Below, piece after piece: positions 1-8,407 of a DNA stretch of 32,000 nt. The stretch is from Promethearchaeia archaeon (GTDB taxonomy: Archaea > Asgardarchaeota > Lokiarchaeia > Sigyniarchaeales > SOKP01), in assembly GCA_046497275.1 (NCBI GenBank), contig JAWOFX010000041.1, positions 1-32,000 on the forward strand, in the 5' to 3' direction. The position numbers and the translations under genes were made by a program. The notes under the pieces were generated by a model. It saw only the letters and a list, made by a program, of their open reading frames with translations, did not search any database and had not been told where the DNA came from. The first letter of the stretch is position 1, and each line of letters starts with the position of its first letter.

Positions 1-26
1 AATTTTTTAGAAATGAGAATATAACA

Positions 27-923
27 ATGCTTGATAAATTAAAGAGTGCTTTTTCTACTTTTGTTAACAAAACGTTAAGTGAAGAGAAATTAGAAGATTC
101 AATACAAGATCTCAAAATCTTATTAATAAGAAACGATGTTGCCATGGAAACTGCTGAAGCAATATGCGATAATATTATTAAGTCGTTTAAAGGAGAAGAA
201 ATAGGAAGATTAACATCAACCGGTAAATTATTGGAAGAAACACTAGAAGATGTAATAACTGAAATTCTTACCCCTGATCAAGAACTAAATTTAATTGAGC
301 AGATTGAAAAGAAAAGATCTCTAAACGATCCCTATATTATTGTCTTTTTAGGTGTAAATGGAACCGGTAAAACGACAACAATGGCAAAAATGGCTCATTT
401 TCTTAAGGCGAAAGGTTATTCTGTGGTTGCTGCTGCTTCTGATACTTTTAGAGCCGGAGCGATCGAACAACTCACCTATCACATGAATAATGTAGGGGTT
501 AAGGTAATAAAAAACCAATATAAATCTGATCCAGCCTCAATCGCTTATGATGCGATTGATCATGCAAGAGCAAAAAATATAGATATTGTTCTTGTGGATA
601 CCGCTGGACGTCAAGTAACTGATAAAAACCTAATGAAAGAAATAGAAAAGATTTGCCGAATTTCTCAACCAGATTTAAAAATTTTCGTTGGGGACTCATT
701 AACTGGAAATGATGCATTATTTCAAGCAAAAGAATTTAACAAATATGTTGGAATAGATGCGAGTATCTTAACCAAATTAGATGCAGATGCAAAAGGTGGG
801 GCTGCCCTATCTGTGTCCCATGAAACGAAAAAACCAATCATCTTTGTTGGAACAGGGCAAGACTATGATGATCTTGAAAAGTTCGACCCTGATTTATTCA
901 TTTCTAATATTTTAACAGAATAA
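27..923 (+). CDS. ftsY: Signal recognition particle receptor FtsY (SRP GTPase, NG domain)
   Basis: SRP-GTPase motifs GVNGTGKTTT, DTFRAGAIEQL, DTAGR, TKLDADAKGG and GTGQDYDDL; 298 aa NG-only form. Confidence 0.97.
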   Translation: MLDKLKSAFSTFVNKTLSEEKLEDSIQDLKILLIRNDVAMETAEAICDNIIKSFKGEEIGRLTSTGKLLEETLEDVITEILTPDQELNLIEQIEKKRSLNDPYIIVFLGVNGTGKTTTMAKMAHFLKAKGYSVVAAASDTFRAGAIEQLTYHMNNVGVKVIKNQYKSDPASIAYDAIDHARAKNIDIVLVDTAGRQVTDKNLMKEIEKICRISQPDLKIFVGDSLTGNDALFQAKEFNKYVGIDASILTKLDADAKGGAALSVSHETKKPIIFVGTGQDYDDLEKFDPDLFISNILTE

Positions 924-938
924 GATATATTTAATTAT

Positions 939-1646
939 TTATTCTTCAAGTTGTTTTGCTACACCATAGTATAATATATAGATAGCAGAGAAAGAGAAGA
1001 ATATAATAATTCCCCATACGGTACGGATTATTTCATTTGCTAAGAAATTATTAATAGAATTCCCTCCCCATATTAAATAATAAAAAAATATTCCAATTAT
1101 AAAGAATTTCCATCTTTTTTTCAATTCTCTATTTTCAAATCGATTAAAAATTTTTATTGATGTGTAGATAGATGGTATGATCATAAGGAGTGAGCAGAAA
1201 ATTATTCCATACAAGAAAAATGATACATTCCAAACCGGTTTCCATCCAGATGTTGTATTAATAATAACACCACCGCTAATTCCGATAGGAAATAAACCAA
1301 ATAGAATAATTGCCCATGCACTGATTAATAATACTTGATTTATTTGACTTAAGCCTCTAATCGGTCTTAAAAGTAAGAGATTAAAGATGAATAAATATAC
1401 CATAGCCCAGCTAAATAAATAATAGGTAAGTATATGAAGAATAATTACAATTATAGCATCTTGCAAAGAAGCATATATAATATTAGTAATGCTACTTATG
1501 GCAATGGTGATAAAAAACATTGAAAAGATCTTATTTAAATTTTTTGTGGATCTCCGTAATATTAGAACCGCAAAAAATAGAAAAATAATCCCTCCAATGC
1601 TTAGCTGGACGATATATATTTCAATAAATCTTATGAGATCAATCAT
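939..1646 (-). CDS. Stand-alone 7-transmembrane protein resembling the HisKA_7TM (histidine kinase N-terminal 7TM) region
   Basis: About seven hydrophobic segments in 235 aa; patterns LILRRSTKNLNKIFSMFF and ELKKRWKFFIIG; no cytoplasmic output domain. Family call is from pattern recognition only. Confidence 0.6.
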   Translation of the reverse strand: MIDLIRFIEIYIVQLSIGGIIFLFFAVLILRRSTKNLNKIFSMFFITIAISSITNIIYASLQDAIIVIILHILTYYLFSWAMVYLFIFNLLLLRPIRGLSQINQVLLISAWAIILFGLFPIGISGGVIINTTSGWKPVWNVSFFLYGIIFCSLLMIIPSIYTSIKIFNRFENRELKKRWKFFIIGIFFYYLIWGGNSINNFLANEIIRTVWGIIIFFSFSAIYILYYGVAKQLEE

Positions 1647-1867
1647 TTAAAACTACAAATATAATTCCTATATCGATTTTTTTTTATTAAATCTATTTTT
1701 AATTAGGAGGTAAAAACTGTTTAGAAATAAAATACTCCCCAATAAGATTATTAAGATCTAAAAAATCCCAGTATATATTTTTTTTGATTTCAGAATGATT
1801 TTTAAAACATATTGGTTCTAGAATGGATAAATTTTTTATAAATTCATATTTATTTTAATCTATAGCT

Positions 1868-2107
1868 ATGTCAAATAGATACCCTAAGTATGAGAAGTAT
1901 AGTCCTAAAAAAGAAGAAGAAAAAGGCAGTTTATATGAAAGAGGAGTAAATCTCATTGGAAGGATTCGAAGAGTATTAAAAATTGCCAATAAGCCAAGTC
2001 GTAGCGATTATATGATGACGTTCAAGATCGTTATCATTGGAATGCTAATATTAGGTGCTTTGAGCTATGTTATTCAGCTGATATTAACAATTATTCCCTT
2101 AGGTTAA
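1868..2107 (+). CDS. secE: Protein translocase SecE / Sec61 gamma subunit
   Basis: RRVLKIANKPSRSDYMMTFKIVIIGMLILGALSYVI matches the SecE/Sec61-gamma signature (RVL..A.KP...EY) followed by one C-terminal TM helix; lies near ftsY. Confidence 0.92.
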   Translation: MSNRYPKYEKYSPKKEEEKGSLYERGVNLIGRIRRVLKIANKPSRSDYMMTFKIVIIGMLILGALSYVIQLILTIIPLG

Positions 2108-2222
2108 TATTTGAGGTTTGTTGACTTCTTTAATTTATAAGCTTGTATTTTTGTATATAATCTTAAATTCTTTAAGATTCAATATAAAAAATAGAAAATT
2201 CTTATTACAAAAGGAATTTCAG

Positions 2223-2645
2223 ATGAAGGTTCATTTAAATTTTGTGGATAATCTCCATTTTAAAGCACAAACACGCCATTTTACTGATATTGAAATGGAT
2301 GAGCCCGAATCATTTCATGGGACTGATCAAGGACCTAGTTCAGTAGAATATTTATTAATAGGAGTTGGAGGATGTATAGGTTCTTCATTCGTGTATTGTC
2401 TTCAGAAAAATAACGTTGAAATTAAAAATCTTGATGTGGTTGTTGAGGGAACTCTTAAACATGTGATGCCAAAGATGCATCTAAGACTAATTAAGATAGA
2501 TTGTGTGATCAATATATCTGCAAAATCCGAATTTAACAATCTAATAGATGATTGCGTCAAAGAATTTAAGGAACATTGCGTAATTAATGAAAGTATTACC
2601 AAGGGCATTCCCTTAAATACAAAAATTCATAAAAAAGAAAAATAA
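2223..2645 (+). CDS. OsmC/Ohr family protein
   Basis: DEPESFHGTDQGPSSVEYLLIGVGGC and a second Cys in EHCVINESI; start moved from 2118 to the ATG at 2223 (MKVHLNF), which follows AAGGA. Confidence 0.85.
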   Translation: MKVHLNFVDNLHFKAQTRHFTDIEMDEPESFHGTDQGPSSVEYLLIGVGGCIGSSFVYCLQKNNVEIKNLDVVVEGTLKHVMPKMHLRLIKIDCVINISAKSEFNNLIDDCVKEFKEHCVINESITKGIPLNTKIHKKEK

Positions 2646-2658
2646 AAAAATAAAAAAG

Positions 2659-3890
2659 TTAGAAATAGAAGACGGTTATTTTGTCGGGAATCTTAAGATC
2701 TTCTTCTCTGTTTTTGCACGCTACAAATTTGAGATTCAATTTTAAAAGTAATGATAATAATCTGCTTGTTAAAATACCATCCATTATGAGATATGAAGAT
2801 TCTTTATATTTATCTAATTTCTCATATAAATTACCGACTGATATCTCAAATAATTGTTCTAAATCATCATCTAACGCTATAGCTTGTCCTATCCCAATAT
2901 TTCTTACCTTATCGATGATGAGATCTTTATTCTTTACTTTTAATTTCTTCAAAAAGCGGGAAAGAATCTTTTCTTTTTCTGAATAATCTTCTTTTTCATC
3001 TTCTTCAGAGGGAATTTCTTCAACAAATTCCTCAACTCCTCCTTCTTTCACCGCTCTTTTATTTTGTAAAGATTTTATCATCTGTTTTCGGGTTAATTCC
3101 TCAACTTCATATCCTTCAGGTGCTCGAGCAACGTAATCAATGTCCGCAACTTGTAGTAATTCTTTGAGAATTAAAGTACCACCTCTATCACCATCTCCGA
3201 AAAATGTAACGGGACTTTTTTCTTTGGTAAGATCAATTATTGATTTTGGAACGCTTGTTCCTTGAACGGCAACCGTGTTTTTGATGCCAATACGAAGGAG
3301 GTTTAACACATCTGCCCTGCCTTCTACAATAATAAGATCCTCTCTTTCATCTATATCTGGTCCAGCAGGTAAATTTTCTGGACCCCATGTCACAATTTCT
3401 CCTAATTTGATATCTGTATCTATTTGTTCTTCGATTTCACTTGCATCTAGCGAGCTTTGATCCCATTCTTTTAATAATTCTGCTGCTCTTTCAATTATTT
3501 TTTTCCGTTTAGTTTCTCGAACATCTGATATTTCAATTAATTTGATTTTCGCTTCACATGGGCCAACTCTTGAAACCGTTTCGACAGTTGCTGCCAATAA
3601 TGCGGTTTCTTTTCTAGTCAGAGAACTGGGTATACGAATAGTGCCTTTTGAAATTCCATCTTTTGATTCATTCTCAACCTCTATTCGCCCTATCCTTCCG
3701 GATTTTTGTAAATCACGCAGGTCTAAATCTAAAAGAAGACCTTCGGTTTAGACGAGAAAAGGAGCTCTTTTCATCCTTGCCCGAAGATAGCCCCCACTAT
3801 ATCTGACTTTTCGACAATACCCTTTACCTTAAAATTTGCTTCTATTATATATTTTGTAGTAAAATCTGTCTGGTCGTTAATCTTGATCAC
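2659..3890 (-). CDS. dnaG: Archaeal DnaG (DnaG-like primase / exosome-associated protein), about 400 aa, read as two segments: 3890-3777 and 3747-2659
   Basis: TOPRIM motifs IIVEGRADVLNLL and FGDGDRGG. Manual translation upstream of the called ORF gives TTKYIIEANFKVKGIVEKSDIVGAIFGQ, then TEGLLLDLDLRDLQKSGRIGRIEV...PSSLTRKETALLAATVETVSRVGPC. The two parts join in frame only if 3748-3776 is removed. The GTG start at 3890 is inferred. Confidence 0.93.
3748..3776 (-). other. 29-nt insertion in dnaG; candidate bulge-helix-bulge (BHB/BHL-type) mRNA intron
   Basis: mRNA-sense sequence GGAUGAAAAGAGCUCCUUUUCUCGUCUAA between codons CAA (Q) and ACC (T). It contains an in-frame UGA and shifts the frame. 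Central helix GGGC/GUCU is followed by AA^ on both strands; inner stem GA-U-GAAAAG/CUUUUC-UC; outer stem AUCUUC/GAAGGU. Confidence 0.7.
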
Positions 3891-4006
3891 TTCCAAAAAT
3901 TAATTATAAAGTTTTTCATATTCTTCTAATTCATTAATATAAGATTTGATAAAATAACTTTCAATTAATTATTCTTTTTAATTTAATATGTTTTAATTTT
4001 CAATTA

Positions 4007-4045
4007 ATGATTGTTGACCATCATATTTCGATGATCATTGATCAT
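4007..4045. promoter_or_regulatory. Pair of palindromic boxes upstream of dnaG (possible operator)
   Basis: Perfect ATGATCA-T-TGATCAT at 4031-4045 and degenerate ATGATTG-T-TGACCAT at 4007-4021. Confidence 0.3.
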
Positions 4046-4456
4046 ATTTATAGTAATCAAATCAAACATAAAATTTTTACTGTTTAAAAGCACAAATCTT
4101 CTATTGGAGTAATATGACCATATAATTCCTTTTTAAATTTTTTTACGATTTTTTACTAGATATGAGTTATTGGAATGAAAAATTTTTAAATAAACTTAAA
4201 TCCGGTATCCTCGAGACACAAATATTAAAATTGAAAGTAATAAATGATTTTGGAAGGTTATATTTTTTCTTTACAAAATGTGCTGAAAAAGATATGCTAA
4301 AGTGTAAGGTTCTCTTTTTCTTAGAATAGAAATTAATATTGATTTGAGGAGTTATAAGGCAAATCAAATTATTACCTAATATAATAATATGATGCATATA
4401 ATTTCGCTTTTAACTTATCGAAAATATAATGTTATAAATAGAGTCTTTAAATAAAA

Positions 4457-5491
4457 ATGGAAAGAATTCTTTGTCTCGGAGGAAAAGGTGGTGTTGGAAA
4501 GAGTTCGATTAGTGCGGCAACCGCAGTTAAATTATCTAGGCTATTACCAGAAAAGAAAATCCTAATTATCTCTTTTGATATGGCACATAATTTGTCAGAT
4601 TTATTTAAAAGACAAATTGGAAATGATCTTACTAAATTGAGTGAAAATCTCTGGGCTATTGAGCCCGATCCGAACATATATGCAGAATTATACACCAAAG
4701 AGCTTATTGAGAAATTAAAAACTCTTATGAAACAAATGCCTATCGTAGGCTTTATTCCTCAAATTGAAGAATATATTGATACTACTTTTACGACTGATTC
4801 GATTCCATTAGCTTTAAAAAATGCCATGTTTTTCCAGAAGATTTTGGATGCCGAAGATTTAACTCAACAAATCCAATTTGATATTGTGGTTGCAGATTTT
4901 CCACCTACTGGGAATATGGTGGCACTCTTTGAAATTCCTGAAGATCAAGTTACAACCGTGCTTAAATATTCTCTAAATTTTTATAATTCTATTAAAAGCA
5001 CAATGAACGATTTGGGAAAAATGGTTAAAAAATTCATCGCGCCATTTAGCGATAGTAAGAAAAGAAGACAATTAGGGATAGAAATCGTAAATATGGTTCA
5101 GGATTTAGAAGAACGAGGAGAACGTATCACCCAGCTAATTCATAGCATCGGTTCATTACGATTAGTAACAATAGCAGAAAAACCTAGTTTTGAAGAGATC
5201 AAGAGAGCGAGAGATTTAACCAAAAAATATATCACTTTAGATGCGGTTCATATTAATATGTTAACGCCAAAAAAATATGCGGATGAATGTGAATTCTGTA
5301 ATAAACTTCGAACAACTCAGCTAAGATACAATGAAGAAATTATGAATGAATTTGGAAAATTGCGAATTTGGAAATCAAAAAAATTAGTAGATAAGGAACC
5401 TATAGGTTTAGAAGGTCTGATGATTTTAGCAGATGAAGTTTATGGGAAAATGATATCAGCTGAAGAGATTCTTTATCCTAAATCTCACTGA
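4457..5491 (+). CDS. ArsA/Get3 (TRC40) family ATPase
   Basis: Deviant Walker A GGKGGVGKS, switch I-like SFDMAHNLSDLF, switch II-like DFPPTGN, C-terminal CEFC; single ATPase domain. Confidence 0.88.
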   Translation: MERILCLGGKGGVGKSSISAATAVKLSRLLPEKKILIISFDMAHNLSDLFKRQIGNDLTKLSENLWAIEPDPNIYAELYTKELIEKLKTLMKQMPIVGFIPQIEEYIDTTFTTDSIPLALKNAMFFQKILDAEDLTQQIQFDIVVADFPPTGNMVALFEIPEDQVTTVLKYSLNFYNSIKSTMNDLGKMVKKFIAPFSDSKKRRQLGIEIVNMVQDLEERGERITQLIHSIGSLRLVTIAEKPSFEEIKRARDLTKKYITLDAVHINMLTPKKYADECEFCNKLRTTQLRYNEEIMNEFGKLRIWKSKKLVDKEPIGLEGLMILADEVYGKMISAEEILYPKSH

Positions 5492-5596
5492 AATTATCTC
5501 TTTTTAAAGAGTTTAATAAATTTTCATTAATAAGTGCCCTCTTGGTTCAATTTCTAGAATATATTCATAAAATATTGGAAAAAAATTAGAAGAATA

Positions 5597-5785
5597 TTAA
5601 TGTCTTTGCTCGTAATGGAAAAGATGTTCAGCAAACTCTTGGATGGTGGGATCTGCTGATTGTTCATATTTTTGTTTTAATTCTTGATCCGAATAATTTT
5701 CTTCATGCACCCACTCACCAGTTTTTAATGCTATTTTATTATAAAGCGATATAAACTTTTTATAATCCCATTCTTCTTTACCCAT
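5597..5785 (-). CDS. Small hypothetical protein (62 aa)
   Basis: ATG start, charged helical composition, occupies an otherwise empty intergenic gap; no family recognised. Confidence 0.5.
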   Translation of the reverse strand: MGKEEWDYKKFISLYNKIALKTGEWVHEENYSDQELKQKYEQSADPTIQEFAEHLFHYEQRH

Positions 5786-6056
5786 AATCTCGATATATCT
5801 GGTTTATTATTTAAAGCTTATGAAGGTTTTAGATTGAAGCGTCTAAAATTTTTTTAAATATTCTCGATAGGAAATTAAAACAGATGAGATTGAATATTCA
5901 AAATTTTCCAAAAAATAAGCAATTTTATCATTTTTTAGTAATTTTAGATAAAAAAAAGAATTTTTTAATAAAAAATAAAATTAGACCTTCTCTTAAAAAT
6001 ATTTAAGTTCCTTCTTCAAATCCATGGATGTAATTATATTTTAGTTAATTTTGAAT

Positions 6057-6860
6057 TCAGAATTTGTTGAATTTTGGTTTACGTTTTCGAAGGAAAGCAT
6101 TTATTCCTTCTATATTATCCTTTGTACCCATAGTTTTAAGAACTGCTTGACGTTCTTGATACAATCCTTCTTGTAGTGGTTGATCCCCATATTCAACTAT
6201 ACATCTTAACATTTCAGATACAGCACTCATTGGCATATCTGAAAGTTCTTTAGCTAACTCAAAAGCGCGTTCTTTAAGCTCTGCTTTTGGAAGAACTTCG
6301 TTTACCAAACCAATCCGATATGCTTCTGGTCCAGAAATCTTTTTAGCCCTGAGTATCATATCAAGTGCGTATAATCGCCCCACACAACGGGTTAACCGTG
6401 CGCTTCCCCCCCATGCGGGAACTGTGCCTAGGTCCAGCTCGGGCAAACCGATCTTTGCCCCTCTCTCAGCAGCTAGCCGAAAATGACAAGAGAGGGGGAG
6501 TTCTAATCCTCCTCCAAGACAATATCCGAAAAGGGTGGCCACTACGGGTTTTCTCATTTTCTCGATAGCGCTGAGTACCCGTAAACGTTGATCTAAAATT
6601 TCTTGAATACGCTTGATGTTACGTCCCACTCCCGCAATTTCTTTAAGATCCATACCCACCGAGAAATTATCTTCATCTTCTGCCGTAATCACGATGGCGC
6701 GAACTTTACGATCTTCCGAGAGCTTTGGGACAAGTTTTTCTAGTTCATCAAAAAACTCAAGGCTCATGGGATTCATTGGGGGTTTATTTATAGATATTAT
6801 CGCTACTGCATCCTTTTGTGTGAATAAAAAAGGTTTATTCTTAATTATTTCGTCTGACAT
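6057..6860 (-). CDS. Enoyl-CoA hydratase/isomerase (crotonase) family protein
   Basis: FSVGMDLKE, KPVVATLFGYCLGGGLELPLSCHFRLA, IGLPELDLGTVPAWGGSARL and C-terminal EGINAFLRKRKPKF. Confidence 0.95.
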   Translation of the reverse strand: MSDEIIKNKPFLFTQKDAVAIISINKPPMNPMSLEFFDELEKLVPKLSEDRKVRAIVITAEDEDNFSVGMDLKEIAGVGRNIKRIQEILDQRLRVLSAIEKMRKPVVATLFGYCLGGGLELPLSCHFRLAAERGAKIGLPELDLGTVPAWGGSARLTRCVGRLYALDMILRAKKISGPEAYRIGLVNEVLPKAELKERAFELAKELSDMPMSAVSEMLRCIVEYGDQPLQEGLYQERQAVLKTMGTKDNIEGINAFLRKRKPKFNKF

Positions 6861-7012
6861 TTTAATCTCCGACTATTAATAAATCTATAGAATAGCACTT
6901 AGAATATAAAATTTATATCAGAATTTTCATTAAATTTTTAAGAAAAAAGGAATGTAGATTTAGCTACTGAGAAAATTAAAAATAGAGAATAAAATAAAGA
7001 AGACTTGAATAT

Positions 7013-8281
7013 TTAAGTTCCCTCTTCGAAACCATGGATATAGTTATATTGTTCCTCTGTGAGCTCATCTATTTCTATTCCCATAGCATCTAATTTCAGA
7101 TAGCCAACCTTGTCATCAATATCCGTTGGAACTTCAATAATTCCAGGCTCGAATGATTCATGATTTTTCACAATGTATTCGGACATTAAAGACTGTAATC
7201 CAAACGACATATCCATCACTTCACTGGGATGCCCTTCTGCTAATACTAGATTTGCTAATCTTCCTTGAGCTAATAAATATACCTTCTTACCAGAAGGAAA
7301 AATTAATTCTTCAACATATTCTCTAATTGGATTAATCTCTTTAGCATATTCATATAATTCTTTTGTTGGTAATTCAATATCGAAATGCCCAAGATTACCT
7401 AAAATTGCGCCATCCTTAATTGTTTCAAAAACCTCTTTGTTAGGAGGAATCACATGTTTACATCCAGTGGCTGTGAGAATTACATCTGCTTCAGGTAAAG
7501 TGTCAAGAATAGGTTTTACATTAAAGCCATCAAATTTTGCTTTCAAAGCTTTAATAGGGTCTACTTCTGTGACTGTGACATTTGCGCCTAACCCTCGTGA
7601 TCGTTTAGCCATTCCGGAACTACAATGACCATATCCCGCGATTGTAACATTTTTACCTGCATAGAGAATGTGCATTCCATAAATTGCTGCAACTACTCCT
7701 TGACCTGTTCCCAATTCATTATCAAATTGGTTTTTACATCTTGCGTCGTTTACTGGAAAGAGGGGAACTTTTAATTTTCCTTGATTAGCCATTGCTCTAA
7801 ATCTTTTAACTCCTGTTGTCGTTTCTTCTTGAGTTCCATATACTTTCCCAGAGGAGATGAGTTCAGGAAATTCTTTATGAGCGGTGACTATCATGTCTCC
7901 TCCATCATCAATCATTATGTTTGGTTCTGCTTTTAAACATTGACGGATACACCAATAAAATTCTTCTGTTGTATTTCCATGCCATGCAAAAATATTAATG
8001 CCTTTCTTAATTAAGGCAGCAGTTACTTCATCTTGAGTAGAAAGAGGATTACTTCCACAAAGATATACCTCGGCACCACCCGCTTGTAATGTTAGAGCTA
8101 ACATCCCTGTTTCTTTGGTTACATGAAGACAGCCTGCAACAGTTATACCTTCTAAAGGCTTTTCTTTCTTAAATCTTTCTCGAATAATCTCCGCAGTTAC
8201 GGGCATTTTATTATTTGCTATGTATAATGCCTCTTCACCTTTAGGAGCTAACGACTCATCTGCGATTTTATAATTGACCAT
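7013..8281 (-). CDS. ahcY: Adenosylhomocysteinase (SAH hydrolase)
   Basis: GCLHVTKET, SNPLSTQDEV, DDGGD, EETTTG, VNDARCKNQFDN, GHFDIE, GRLANL and EGHPSEVMDMSF. Confidence 0.96.
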   Translation of the reverse strand: MVNYKIADESLAPKGEEALYIANNKMPVTAEIIRERFKKEKPLEGITVAGCLHVTKETGMLALTLQAGGAEVYLCGSNPLSTQDEVTAALIKKGINIFAWHGNTTEEFYWCIRQCLKAEPNIMIDDGGDMIVTAHKEFPELISSGKVYGTQEETTTGVKRFRAMANQGKLKVPLFPVNDARCKNQFDNELGTGQGVVAAIYGMHILYAGKNVTIAGYGHCSSGMAKRSRGLGANVTVTEVDPIKALKAKFDGFNVKPILDTLPEADVILTATGCKHVIPPNKEVFETIKDGAILGNLGHFDIELPTKELYEYAKEINPIREYVEELIFPSGKKVYLLAQGRLANLVLAEGHPSEVMDMSFGLQSLMSEYIVKNHESFEPGIIEVPTDIDDKVGYLKLDAMGIEIDELTEEQYNYIHGFEEGT

Positions 8282-8313
8282 TTTTAAATCACTCTTTTTC
8301 TATAATTAATAAT

Positions 8314-8344
8314 TTTGCAAACTACATAAATATATATTTGCAAA
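8314..8344. promoter_or_regulatory. Two palindromic TTTGCAAA boxes in the ahcY / Lrp divergent intergenic region
   Basis: TTTGCAAA at 8314-8321 and 8337-8344, flanking the AT-rich ATAAATATATA. Confidence 0.4.
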
Positions 8345-8407
8345 GATGTTAATCTTAAATATAAATTGATTTTAACTTTAATTAATAAAAAATTTTAACA
8401 TTAAAAA

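Noticed and set aside
2118-2222. 35-residue N-terminal extension of the OsmC ORF
   Set aside because: AT-rich, promoter-like sequence; the family-like sequence starts at the ATG at 2223
3771-3773. In-frame TGA in dnaG read as selenocysteine or by readthrough
   Set aside because: The insert is 29 nt, so readthrough stays out of frame and hits TAG a few codons later
3748-3776. dnaG insert as library adapter contamination or a MITE
   Set aside because: It does not resemble the Illumina or Nextera adapter sequences I know and is very short for a MITE. A hairpin insertion with an AA duplication remains possible and is listed as the alternative
4167-4397. Short ORFs in AT-rich intergenic DNA (also 16402-16587)
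   Set aside because: Composition reflects AT bias; no RBS or recognisable domain
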